From NCBI GenBank assembly GCA_030390025.1, contig JASTWF010000180.1, positions 682,001-746,000 on the forward strand: a DNA stretch of 64,000 bases, in the 5' to 3' direction. Below are positions 22,221 to 33,907 of this stretch, in pieces. This DNA is from Squalus acanthias (Eukaryota). Every line of letters begins with the position of its first letter. Position 1 is the first letter of the stretch. Made by a program: the position numbers and the translations under genes. The notes under the pieces are model-generated. The model saw only the letters and a list, made by a program, of their open reading frames with translations. It was not told the DNA's origin and made no database searches.

Positions 22221-23577
22221 GTAAGTTCTTTTATATAACCATGTTATTTCTCTCCAATAGACTACCTGTAAAATAAATCACATTAAATCTCTTCTTTAGT
22301 CTTCCCACATATAATTAATCATCTTCAAAATAAACTGATGTTTAGCACAATTAATACTGAGTTTCTTGAAACAACCGGCACTACTTTGCACCCATCTCCG
22401 ACTCTCCAAAGAATGCGGGGTGTTAGTTAGTACTGAGATAAGACTTTACAAGTGTCTGAATGATATTTCAAATCTTCGATGAAGATGTAAGCTGAGGACC
22501 TGAATGCCATTGAAATAGTTTCCATTGCTCTTAATTTTCCATAAAACATTTTTTGCGGCCCTTGCGTAATCTGCATCAATTGCAAATGGAGTTATAATTA
22601 ATGTATATTACCACTTTGTTGGGTAGTTTTGAGATAGTGTGCAATGTATAGAAACTAAACGGTGGTAGCAGAATTTTAGCAGTGGTGAATGTGCTTAGTT
22701 TTCATTAGCAACTTGTCAAAAATAGTTTACCTCGTCTGCTAATGATCAGGAAGAAATGATAAAGTAATTGGCCCATAGGAAACTGACCACCGGACATGGT
22801 CTCAACTTTATTGCTTTAGTTCAGTGAGTGCCTTCGATGTTCTCCTTATTTAGGCTTAAAGTTTGATCAAATATTACTCTCATTTACCGATGAACAATAT
22901 GTCTAACAATTTTTATTACTTAGTTGTACCATTTTATTTAGAAAGTTCCAAATGTTAGCAGATTATTGCCAGCATGATAGTCTTTAATACAATATGCCAA
23001 TTATATTAAAGACTATAATGATAGACATAATCTGGAAACTACTTACCAGCTATTGACGTTAGCCACAGGACAATAAAGACACATGACTGCAATAGCACAA
23101 CCTAAGCTTTCATTAATGAAGTAACCAACTGAAATTGGGAGGGAAGTGCCAGAAATCATAGCTTTGCTCAGTTGCTGTCAGCCCATCCTGTGCGTTAGAA
23201 AGTTGTAAGATGGATCTCCACTCTATGCCTAAAACATGTAATGCAAGTTGATAGTCCAGAGAAGTACTGAGAGAGTGTTTCACATACAAAACTACTTGGG
23301 AAGCATTCGGGGAGTTCTGGTGAACTGATATATAAATGGTAGCCTGACCTTTTTAATGTACAAGCAATGAGTTATGCTTGGGTTATGAAGAGAATGAATA
23401 AAAAGAACAGTCATATGTGCCTAATGATTATCGATGGTCATTTAAAATGGTTTGTACAGACAGTTTCGCAATAATGGGATTTAGTGATACCAAGTATTCA
23501 AATATAACTGCCAGACAGAGCAGCAATGTACTAAAGTTGTTCTGAAGGGGGTTTTTGTTAAAGGACTCAATGCTGTG

Positions 23578-23637
23578 TGAATGCTCAAGGTGGCAAGCTT
23601 ATCTTTGCAAAAGGGACCAAGTTAACTGTTGAGCCAA
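23578..23637 (+). CDS. TRAJ: TCR alpha J segment J26 (family A, non-canonical FAKG)
   Basis: GGTTTTTGT(23550)-12-TGCTGTG; NAQGGKLIFAKGTKLTVEP; GTAGGT. Confidence 0.87.
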
Positions 23638-23908
23638 GTAGGTAATCATTAATAACTAAAGACTGTCTGTCTACTTACTATATGTGTACGTTTTCTGTAC
23701 TGCCGACATTGTATCAAATCACTTCTCTAAATGTTCAATTAATCCTCAATATTGGAACATTTATGCCACTTCTTATTGGAGTTGGGATATCATAATTCAA
23801 GATTATTGTCAACATTATAGTCTTTCATATATATATATTCCCTATGTAACAGTGGTACATAGGGAACCACCACTATCCTGAGTTCTTGTGAAGGGATAAA
23901 TTACTGTG

Positions 23909-23971
23909 TGGATTCTGGAGGATATGGTAAAATGGTATTTGGAAGCGGCACCAAGCTCATTGTTAATCCTG
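23909..23971 (+). CDS. TRAJ: TCR alpha J segment J27 (singleton)
   Basis: AGTTCTTGT(23881)-12-TACTGTG; DSGGYGKMVFGSGTKLIVNP; G|GTAAGA. Confidence 0.9.
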
Positions 23972-24314
23972 GTAAGATCTCAATCATAGTTACTCAAAAT
24001 AATCAGGCAAATTCGTTTGCAAGCAAATTATAAATTTTGGTCAAAATAATGTACAGATGGCCAATGGACACCAAATAAATCTAGCCAAAATTAAACTATA
24101 GTTTTACATTCTGCAACGAGGTGGCATTAATGTGTGTGACCGACTGAACTTAATATTGATTTAAATAAGCTGGGAATAATGCAAGATGAGACACTTGTTG
24201 ATATTTGAACTTGGAATATTGATAATGCATAAGAGTAACATACAGTTGATTTTGTACATAGTCTATATGTTTGGCATCAGGTAAAGGGTTTATGCACGGG
24301 TATGTAATGCTGTG

Positions 24315-24371
24315 TGAATAGTCTCAATAAGCTAATATTTGGATCTGGGACCAAACTAATCGTGCAACCTA
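24315..24371 (+). CDS. TRAJ: TCR alpha J segment J28 (family B, ancestral type)
   Basis: GGTTTATGC(24287)-12-TGCTGTG; NSLNKLIFGSGTKLIVQP; GTAAGT. Confidence 0.9.
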
Positions 24372-24474
24372 GTAAGTGAAGTTTAATTCTGCATCTTTTT
24401 GTCATGATGATGATAGTCAAACCACTGTTTTGTTAATAAGTATCGTCGGTTCGTTAAATTAACAGAAAATAATA

Positions 24475-24910
24475 ACTATCAGGAAGACTGAATAGGCTGG
24501 GATCATTTCATCATTTATCTGGAACAGAGAAGGCTGAGCTCTTTAACATTATGAAGGGGTTGGATAGGGTAGACGTAGAGAAGATGTTTCAACTTGTGGG
24601 GGAGATCAAAACTAGGGGACATCAATGTGAGATAGTCACTGATAAATCCAATTGAGAATTCAGAAGAAATGTCTTTACCCTGAGCGTGGTTAGAAATGTG
24701 GAACTCACTACCACATGAAGTAGTTGATGCGAATAGCATAAAGATTCATTTAAGGAGAAGGTAGCTAAGTACACGATGGAGAAAGGAGTAGAAGGCTAGG
24801 CAGAGAGGGTGAGATGAAGTAGGTTGGGAGGAGGTTCGTGTGGAGCATAAACACGGACATAGACCAGTCGGGGCGAATGGTCTCTTTCTGTGCTGTAAAC
24901 TCCATGTAAA
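24475..24910 (+). mobile_element. CR1 3' fragment between family B and C J segments (co-amplified in every A-B-C unit)
   Basis: RLNRLG..RRL..FNIMKG..FPLVGE.KTRGH..FTQRV..WNSL; copies start near 28765, 30580, 33245, 35060, 37725, 39520, 41440, 43965, 46460, 48940, 50780, 52510, 54350, 56170, 58795. Confidence 0.85.
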
Positions 24911-25072
24911 GGTTATTTGGCATGGAAGAGATTAACTTTTGGCACATCACAAATTTAAAGACAAGTGTAAACATTCCAAAATGTAATTCAATAAACAGGT
25001 GGTTCTTTAAGAAATAACAAGCGATGTAATGACTGGCTGGGGCAGATTTTAGTATTAACATATCAGGCTGTG

Positions 25073-25129
25073 TGAACGTTGCTGGTAAGATGATCTTTGG
25101 ACCTGGGACCAGGCTCCAAGTTATACCAA
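25073..25129 (+). CDS. TRAJ: TCR alpha J segment J29 (family C)
   Basis: GATTTTAGT(25045)-12-GGCTGTG; NVAGKMIFGPGTRLQVIP; GTAAGT. Confidence 0.88.
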
Positions 25130-25377
25130 GTAAGTGAGATGTTGAAGGGCGTTTGTTTTATGTCTTAGCACATAAAAGAGAAGCATGCCATCAGGTTCAT
25201 TGAAATATGGATCAAATTCAGTTTTATGTAATTTGGCTCACAGCGCTGTCATTATGTAATTTGGAAATGATCTACCACAAGAAACTCAACGGGGCGCCCT
25301 TAACTTGTATCGGGGATGTGTGAGGGGGATGACTCATTGTTCAGGAAGGGATTTTTGTTGAGGGGTGTAACGGCGTG

Positions 25378-25437
25378 TGAGTGCTGACTCCTACAAGGTG
25401 ATATTTGGAGCTGGGACAAAGCTCAGAGTTCAACCCA
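25378..25437 (+). CDS. TRAJ: TCR alpha J segment J30 (family D)
   Basis: GATTTTTGT(25350)-12-CGGCGTG; SADSYKVIFGAGTKLRVQP; GTAAGT. Confidence 0.88.
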
Positions 25438-25444
25438 GTAAGTT

Positions 25445-25684
25445 ACACAGAATTACATAGGATATACTGCACAGAAACAGGCCATTCGGCTCAACTAGTC
25501 CATGCTGGCGTTTATGCTCCACTTGAGCCTCCTTACATCCTTCATCATCTAACTCTATCAGCATAACCCTCTATTCCCTTCTCCCTCATATACTTATCTC
25601 GCCTCCCCTTAAATGCATCTGTACTATTCGCCTCAACCACTCCCTGTGGTAGCGAGATCTACATTATCACCACACTCTGGCTAA
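25445..25684 (-). mobile_element. CR1 3' fragment inserted just after the J30 donor
   Basis: Same family as 3605-3980 and 16845-17170; absent after paralog J25. Confidence 0.85.
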
Positions 25685-26216
25685 AGTTGTTTTATATATC
25701 CATATTTTTCTCTCCAATAGACTATCTGTAAAATAAATCATACTAAATCCCTGCTTGGTCATCCCACATATAATTAATCATCTTCCAAATAAATTGATGT
25801 TCAGCACAATTAATACTGACCTTCTTGAAACAAACGGCACTACTTTGGACCCATCTCTGACTCTCCAAAGAATGCGGGGTGTTAGTTAGTACTGAGATAA
25901 GACTTTACAAGTGTCTGAATGATATTTCAAATCTTCGATGAAGGTGCAAGCTGATGAGCTGAACGCTCTCGTAATCGTTTCCATTGCCCTTAATTGTCCA
26001 TTAAATACATTCTTGTGGCCCTCATATATAATCTGTATAAATTGAAAATGGAGTTGGAATTAGAATATATTTCTGTTTTGTCGAGTTGTGTAGCGATAGT
26101 GGGCGATTTGTAGCAACTAAACGCTGGTAGCAGAATTTTAGCAGTGTATCAGTGGCGAATGTGATTATTTTGCATTAACAACTTGTCAGCAATCGTTTAC
26201 CTCGTCTGCTAATGAT

Positions 26217-26366
26217 GCGGAGATGCCGGTGTTGGACTGGGGTGGACAAAAGTGAGAAGTCGCACAACACCAGGTTATAGTCCAACAGTTTTATTTGAAA
26301 TCACAAGCTTGTGATTTCAAATAAAACTGTTGGACTATAACCTGGTGTTGTGCGACTTCTCACTTT
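26217..26366. mobile_element. 150-bp insertion containing a 118-bp perfect palindrome, 14-15 bp TSD
   Basis: Palindrome 26249-26366 centred on AAG|CTT; TSD (T)CGTCTGCTAATGAT; empty site at 22732-22750. Confidence 0.85.
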
Positions 26367-27209
26367 CGTCTGCTAATGATCAGGAAGAAATAATAAAGTA
26401 ATTGGGTCATAAGAAAGTGGCCACGTGAAATGGCCTCAAATTCATTCTTTTCACACTGAAAGTGCCTTCGATATTCACCTCATTTGGGATCAGATCAAAT
26501 CTTACTCTCATTTACAGATGAAAAATATGTCAATGTCTAATTATTATTGTTAATTGTTTTCAAGTAACAAATTCCAAATGTTACCAGATTATTGTCAGCA
26601 TTATAGGCTTTAATATAATGTGGCAATTATATTAAATACTATAATTCTGGCAATAATCTGGAAACTAATTGCAGCTATTGACGTTAACTACTGGAAAATA
26701 AAGAAACGTGATTGAAATAGAACAACCTGAGCTTTCAGTAATGAAGTACCCAACTGAAATTGGGAGAGAAAAGTGCGAGAAATCATATCTTTGCTGAGTT
26801 GTTGTCACTCCATTCTTCGAGTTAGAAAGTTGCGAGGTGGATCTCCACTCTATACTGAAAACATGTAATCCAAGTTGATAGTCCAGCGAGGTACTGAGGG
26901 AGGGTTCCACTTTTAAAAGTACTTGGGAAGCATTTGGAGAGTTCTGGTGAACTGATGTATAAATGGTAGCCTTAGCTTTTTAATGCACAAGAAATAAGTC
27001 CGGCTTGGGTTATAAGCAGAATAAATAAAACAATATATATAGTCACATAAGCCTAATAATTAGCAATGGTTATTTAAAATGGTTTGTACAGACAGTTTCA
27101 TAATAATGAGATTGAGTGACACCAAGTATTCAAATATAACCGCCAGAAAGAGCAGTAATCTACTAAAGTTAGTCTGAAGGGAGTTTTTGCTAAAGAGCGC
27201 ATTGCTGTG

Positions 27210-27272
27210 TGAATGCTGGAGGTAACTATAAGCTTACCTTTGGAAAAGGGACAACGTTAATGGTGCAGCCAA
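27210..27272 (+). CDS. TRAJ: TCR alpha J segment J31 (family A with B-like 3' end)
   Basis: AGTTTTTGC(27182)-12-TGCTGTG; NAGGNYKLTFGKGTTLMVQP; GTAGGT. Confidence 0.9.
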
Positions 27273-28125
27273 GTAGGTATTCATTAATAACTATTTACTT
27301 ACATATATGTGTGTGTTCTCTGTACTGCCTACAATGTATCAAATCATTTCTCTATACGGTCAATTTATCCTGAATATTGGAACATTTATGCAGCTTCTTA
27401 CTGGAGTATGGATATCATAATTCAGGTATCATGAGTGATGGTTCTGAGCAGTGCAGTTAATTGTCTGCCCTTATGCACCTTATTAACCTGTGTTGACCAC
27501 GATATTGGAGTGTGGATATCATAATGCAGGAATATTGCCAGCATTATAATCTTCAATTAAAGACGATAATGCTTACAATCACCTTGAAACTAATTACCAG
27601 CTATTGACGTTCACTACAGGACAATAAAGACACTTCACTGTAATAGAACAATTTAAGCTTTCATTAATGAACCAACCGACTGACATTGGGTGAGAAGTGT
27701 CAGAAATCCTAGATTTGCTCAGCTGTTTTCAGCCCGACCTTCGAGTTAGAAAGTTGCGAGGTGGATCCCCGCTCTATACATAAAACATGTAATGCAAGTT
27801 GATAGTCCAGGGATGTACTGAGGGAGGGTTCCACTTTCAGGAAAACTTGGGAAGCACCCGGAGAGTTCAGGTGAACTGATATCTAAATGGCAGCCTTATA
27901 TTTTAATGAAGAAGAAATAAGTCATGCTTGGGTTATCAACAGAATATTTTTTTTAAAGTCATATATGCTTAATAATTATCAATATTTATTTAAAATGGTT
28001 TGGAGAGAAACTTCCATAATAATGGGATTCGGTGATGCCAAGTATTCAAATATAACCGTCAGACAGAGCAGCAAGGTACTAAGGTTAGTCTGAAGGGAGT
28101 TTTTGTTAAAGGGCGCAATGCTGTG

Positions 28126-28188
28126 TGAATCTTGGAGGTACCGATAAGCTTATCTTTGGAAAAGGGACAAAGTTAACTGTGGAGCCAA
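28126..28188 (+). CDS. TRAJ: TCR alpha J segment J32 (A)
   Basis: RSS 28098-28125; NLGGTDKLIFGKGTKLTVEP; GTAGGT. Confidence 0.9.
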
Positions 28189-28466
28189 GTAGGTATTCAT
28201 TAATAACTATAGACTGTCTATTTACTTATATATCTGAGTGTGTTCTCTGAACTGCCTGCAACGCATCAAATCATTTCTCTAAATATTCAATTACTCCTGA
28301 ATATTGGAGCATTTCTGCAGCTTCTTCTTGGAGTATGGATAGGATAATTCAGGGAATAATGCAAGATTAGGCATGTGTTAATAATTCAACCTGAAATATT
28401 GATAATACATATATATAGCGTACAGTTGATTTCATAGATAGTCAATACGCTTGGCATCAGATAAAG

Positions 28467-28509
28467 GGTTTCTGCATTGTGCAAGTAATGCATTGTGCAT
28501 AATCTCAAT
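28467..28509 (+). pseudogene. Relic family-B RSS + J 5' stub (first of 10 copies)
   Basis: GGTTTCTGC..TAATGCATTGTGCATAATCTCAAT vs intact B GGTTTATGC..TAATGCTGTGTGAATAATCTCAAT; other copies start at ~30283, 32948, 34764, 37430, 39228, 41145, 50485, 54057, 55874. Confidence 0.8.
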
Positions 28510-28611
28510 TTATGATGTGCAAACCACGTCTTCAAACATAACGGCCAGAAAGAGCAATAATGTACAAAAGTTAGTCTGAAGGGAGTTTTTGCTGAAGGGT
28601 GTAATGCTGTG

Positions 28612-28671
28612 TGAATGCTGGAGGTATCAAAATAACATTTGGATCTGGGACCAAACTAATGGTGCAGCCAA
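28612..28671 (+). CDS. TRAJ: TCR alpha J segment J33 (chimeric B')
   Basis: RSS 28584-28611; NAGGIKITFGSGTKLMVQP; GTAAGA. Confidence 0.9.
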
Positions 28672-29356
28672 GTAAGAGAAGCTTAATTCTGTATTTTTCT
28701 ATTATGATGATCACAGTCAAAACATTGTTTTGTAAAAAGCATTATCAGTTCGTTACAATTAAAGGTAACTATCAGCAAAGGACTGAACTGGCTGGGGATC
28801 AGTTCTCCAGGAAAGAGAAGGCTGAAGGGTGACTTAATAGAGGTCTTCAACATCGTGAAGAGGTTAGACTTACAGAAGATCTTTCCACTTGTTGGGGGGA
28901 CCAAAACTAGGGCTCATCTGTAAGATATAGTCATTAATAAATTCAATAAAGAAATCGGGAAATGGTTATTTACCCAGAGAGTGCTTAGAATGTGGAACTC
29001 GCTACTACATGGAGAAGTTGATGGGAATAGCATAGATGCATTTAAAATAAGCACATGAGGGGGAAAGGATAAGAACGATATGCAGAGAGGGTTTGATAAA
29101 GTAGGCAGGGAGAGGCTTGTGTGGAGCATAAACCCGGGCACAGACCAGTTGGGCCGAATGGGTTGTTTCTGTGCTGCCAATTCTATGTAATTCTATGTAA
29201 AAGTTATTTGGTATGGAAGATATTAACTGTTTGAACATCATGAATTCAAAGGGAAAGATAAAAGTTCCAAAACTCAAAAAACGGGAAGTCTTTAGAAATA
29301 ACAAGTGATGTAATGTCTGGCTGGGGAAGGTTTTAGTATCAGTATATCAGGCTGTG

Positions 29357-29416
29357 TGAATGTTGCTGGTAATAAGCTGATCTTTGGAACTGGGACCAGG
29401 CTCAATGTTATCCCAA
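29357..29416 (+). CDS. TRAJ: TCR alpha J segment J34 (C)
   Basis: RSS 29329-29356; NVAGNKLIFGTGTRLNVIP; GTAAGT. Confidence 0.9.
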
Positions 29417-29941
29417 GTAAGTGAGATATTTAAGGATGTCTGTTTTATATGCTAGAGCATAAAAGAGAAGCTTGTCAACAAATTAATTAAAATGTGGATC
29501 AAATAGAGAAAAGTGTCAGAAATCATAACTTTGCTCTGTTGCTGGCAGCCCATCCTTCGAGTTAGAAAGTTGTGAGATGGATCCTCACTCTATACTGAAA
29601 ACATGTAATGCAAGTTGATAGTCCAGCGCAGTACTGAGGGAGGGTTACATTTTCAGAACTACTTGGGAAGCATTCAGAGAGTTCTGGTGAACTGATATAT
29701 AAATGGACGCCTTAGTTTATTAATGAAAAAAGTAAGTTCTGCTTGAGTGATGAACAGAATATTGAAAAAAAAATGTAGATGTACCTAATAAATAACAATG
29801 GGCATTTGAAAACGGTTTCTACAGATAGTATCGCAATTATGGGATTGAGTGATACCAAGTATCAAATATAACCGCCAGAAAGAGCAGCAATGTACTAACG
29901 TTAGTCTGAAGGGAGTTTTTGTTAAAGGGCACAATGCTGTG

Positions 29942-30004
29942 TGACTGCTGGAGCTAGAGATAAGCTTATCTTTGGAAAAGGGACAAAGTTAACTGTGGAG
30001 CCAA
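29942..30004 (+). CDS. TRAJ: TCR alpha J segment J35 (A)
   Basis: RSS 29914-29941; TAGARDKLIFGKGTKLTVEP; GTAGGT. Confidence 0.9.
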
Positions 30005-30427
30005 GTAGGTATTCATTAATAACTATAGACAGTCGATTTAATTACATATCTGTGTGTGTTCTCTGAACTGCTGACAATATATCAAATCATTTCTCTAAAT
30101 GTTCAATTACTCCGGAATATTGGAACATTTATGCAGCTTCTTCTTGGAGTATGGATATGATAATTCATGGAATAATGCAAGAATAGGCATGTGTTAATAA
30201 TTCACCCTGGAATATTGATAATGGATATATATAACGTACAGTTGATTTTGTACATAGTCAATATGCTTTGCATCAGATAAAGGGTTTCTGTACTGGCAAG
30301 TAATGCATTGTTGCATAATCTCAATTTATGATGTGCAAACCAAGTATTCAAATATAACTGCCAGAAAGAGCAGAAATGAACAAAAGTTAGTCTGAAGGGA
30401 GTTTTTACCAAAGGGCGCAATGCTATG

Positions 30428-30487
30428 TGAATGCTGCAGGTTACAAACCAACATTTGGATCTGGGACCAAACTAATGGTGCAGCCAA
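30428..30487 (+). pseudogene. TRAJ: TCR alpha J segment J36 (B'), probably non-functional RSS
   Basis: AGTTTTTAC(30400)-12-TGCTATG (GTG lost); NAAGYKPTFGSGTKLMVQP; weak donor GTAACA. Confidence 0.75.
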
Positions 30488-31178
30488 GTAACAAAAGTTT
30501 AATTCTATATTTTTTAGTGTGATGATCACAGTCAAAACATTGTTTAGTTAATAAGTATCGTCAGCTCGTTACATTTAAAGGTAACTATCAACAAAGACTG
30601 AACAGGATGGGGTTCAGTTCTCTGGGAAAGAGAAGGCTGAAGTGTGACTTAATAGAGGTCTTCAACATTATGAAGAGGTCAGACTTATAGAAGATCTTTC
30701 CACTTATTGGGGAGACCAAAACTAGAGCTCGTCTGTATGATATAGTTACTAATCAATCCAATAAAGTATTCAGGAGAATGTTATTCACCCAGAGAGTGCT
30801 TAGAATGTGGAACTCGCTACTACATGGAGTAGTTGATGGGACTAGCATAGATGCATTTAAGATAAGCACATGAGAGGGAAAGTATTAGAAGGATCTGCAG
30901 AGAGGGTTTGATGAAGTAGGGAGGGAGGAGGCTTGTGTGGAACAGAAAGCCGGGCACAGACCAGTTGGGCCGAATGGGTTGTTTCTGTGCTGCCAATTCT
31001 ATGTAATTCTATGTTAAAGTTATATGCTCTGGAAGATATTAACTGTTTGCACATCATAAATTCAAAGGGAAATGTAAATATTCCAAAACTTAACTCAAAA
31101 AATGGATACTTCTTGAAGAACTAACAAGTGATGTAATGTCTGGCTGGGAAGGTTTTAGTATTAGTATATCAGACTGTG

Positions 31179-31235
31179 TGAATCGTGCTGATAAGCTGAT
31201 CTTTGGATCTGGGACCAGGCTCAATGTTATCCCAA
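31179..31235 (+). CDS. TRAJ: TCR alpha J segment J37 (C)
   Basis: RSS 31151-31178; NRADKLIFGSGTRLNVIP; GTAAGC. Confidence 0.9.
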
Positions 31236-31756
31236 GTAAGCGAGATGTTTAAGGATGTCTGTTTTATGTGTTAGAGCACAAAAGATAAGAAAGTTAACAA
31301 ATTAATTAAAATATGGATCAAATGGAGAAAAGTGTCAGAAATCATAACTTTGCTCTGTTGCTGGCAGCCCATCCTTCGAGTTAGAAAGTTGTGAGATGGA
31401 TCCTCACTCAATACCGAAAACATGTAATGCAAGTTGATAGTCCCGCGCAGTACTGAGGAGGGTTACATTTTCAGAACTACTCGGGAAGTCTTCGGAGAGT
31501 TCTGGTGAACTGATATATAAATGGTAGCCTTAGCCTATTAATGAAAGAAGTAAGTTAAGCTTGAGTGATGAACGAGTATTTTTTAAAAAAGCAAATATAC
31601 CTAATAAATAACAATGGGCATTTGAAAACGGTTTCTACAGATTGTATCACAATTATGGCATTGGGTGATCCCAAGAACAAATATAACCGCCAGACAGAGC
31701 AGGAATGAATTAAAGTTAGTCTGAAGGGAGTTTTTGCTACAGGACGCAATGCTGTG

Positions 31757-31819
31757 TGAATACTGGATCTGGCAACAAGCTTATCTTTGGAAAAGGGTCA
31801 AAGTTAACTGTGGTGCCAA
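31757..31819 (+). CDS. TRAJ: TCR alpha J segment J38 (A)
   Basis: RSS 31729-31756; NTGSGNKLIFGKGSKLTVVP; GTAGGT. Confidence 0.88.
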
Positions 31820-32607
31820 GTAGGTATTCATTAATAACTATAGACTGTCTATTTACTTACATATATGGGTGTGTTCTCTGAACTGCTTACAATGTATCAA
31901 ATCATTTCTCTGAACTGTTCAATTACTCCTGAATATTGGAACTTTTCTTATTTCTTATTGCAGTAAGGATATGATAATTCAGGTATCATGAGTGATGGTT
32001 CTGATATGTGCAGTTAATTGTCTGCCATTATGCACCTTATTAACCTAAAATGATGATCTGAATTGAACATGATATTGGAATATGGATATCATAATGCAGC
32101 ATTATTGCCAGCATTATAATCTTCAATTAAACACTATAATGCTTCCAATTATCTTGAAACTATGTAGCAGCTATTGACGTGAAGTACAGGACAATAAAGA
32201 CACTTGACTGTAATAGAACAACCTAATCTTCCATTAATGAACCAACAGACTGACATTGGGAGAGAAGTGTCAGAAATCCGAGGTTTGCTGTGTTGTTGTC
32301 ACTCCATTCTTTGAGTTAGAAAGTTGCGAGGTGGATCCCGCTCTATAATTAAAACTGGTATATAAATGGCAGACTTAGCTTCTTAATGCACAAGAAATAA
32401 GTCATGCTTGGGCTATAAACAGAATAAAATACTTAAAAAGTCATTTATGCATAATAATTATCAATGGTTATTTAAAATGGTTTCTGCAGATAGTGACACA
32501 GTAATGGGATTGAGTGATATCAAGTATTGAAATATAACCGCCAGAAAGAGCAGCAATGTACTAAAGTTAGTCTGAAGGGAGTTTTTGTTAAAGGCCGCAA
32601 TGCTGTG

Positions 32608-32670
32608 TGAATACTGGAGCTAACACCAAGCTTATCTTTGGAAAAGGGACCAAGTTAACTGTGGAGCCAA
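32608..32670 (+). CDS. TRAJ: TCR alpha J segment J39 (A)
   Basis: RSS 32580-32607; NTGANTKLIFGKGTKLTVEP; GTAGGT. Confidence 0.9.
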
Positions 32671-33091
32671 GTAGGTATTCATTAATAACTATAGATTGTC
32701 TATTTACTTACATATATGTGTGTGTTCTTTGCACTGCCCACAATGTAGCAAATCATTTCTCTAAATGTTCAGTTCATCCTGAATATTGGAACATTTATGC
32801 AGCTTCTTATTGAGTATCGATATGATAATTCAGGGATTAATGCAAGAATATGCATTTGTTAATAATTCAACCTGGAATATTGATAATGCATATATATAAC
32901 GTACATTTGATTTCGCAGATAGTCGATCTGCTTGGCATCAAGTAAAGGGTTTCTGCACAGCCATGTAATGCATTGTGCATAATCTCAATTTATGATGTGC
33001 AAACCACGTATTCAAACATAACGTCCAGAAAGAGCAGTAGTGAACTAAAGTTAGTCTGAAGGGAGTTTATGCCAAAGGGCGCAATGCTGTG

Positions 33092-33151
33092 TGAATGCTG
33101 CAGGTTACAAAGTAACATTTGGATCTGGGACCAAACTAATGGTGCGGCCAA
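33092..33151 (+). CDS. TRAJ: TCR alpha J segment J40 (B')
   Basis: RSS 33064-33091; NAAGYKVTFGSGTKLMVRP; GTAAGA. Confidence 0.9.
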
Positions 33152-33847
33152 GTAAGAGAAGTTTAATTCTGTATTTTTCTATTATAATGATCACTGTCAA
33201 AATATTGTTTTGTTAATAAGCATCATCAGTTGTTACAATTAAAGGTAACTATCAGCAAAGACTGAACAGGTTGGGGATCATTACTCTCGGAAAGAGAAGG
33301 CTGAAGGGTGACTTAATAGGCGTCTTCAACATGATGAAGGGGTTAGACTTATACAAGATCTTTCCACTTGTTGGGGAGATCAAAACTAGGACTCATCTGT
33401 ATGATATAGTTACTAATAAATTCAATAAAGAAATCAGGAAAATGTTATTTACCCAGAGAGTGGTTAGAATATGGAACTCGCTACTACATGGAGTAGTTGA
33501 TGGGAATAGCATAGATGCATTTAACATAAGCACATTTGGAGAAAGGATTAGAAGGATATGCAGAGAGGGTTTGATAAAGTAGGCAGGGAGGAGGCTTGTG
33601 TGGAGCATAAACACGGGCACAGACCAGTTGGGACGAATGGGTTGTTTCTGTGCTGCCAATTCTATGTAATTCTATGTGAAAGTTATTTGGTATGGAAGAT
33701 ATTAACTGTTTGCACATCATAAATTCGAAGGGAAAGATAAAAATTCCAAACCTCATAAAACGGATGGTTCTTTAAGAAATAACAACTGATGTAATGTCTG
33801 GGAATGTCTGGCTGTGGAAGGTTTTAGTATTAGTATATCAGGCTGTG

Positions 33848-33907
33848 TGAATGTTGCTGATAGGAAGCTGATCTTTGGAACTGGGACCAGGCTCAATGTT
33901 ATTCCAA
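33848..33907 (+). CDS. TRAJ: TCR alpha J segment J41 (C)
   Basis: RSS 33820-33847; NVADRKLIFGTGTRLNVIP; GTAAGC. Confidence 0.9.
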
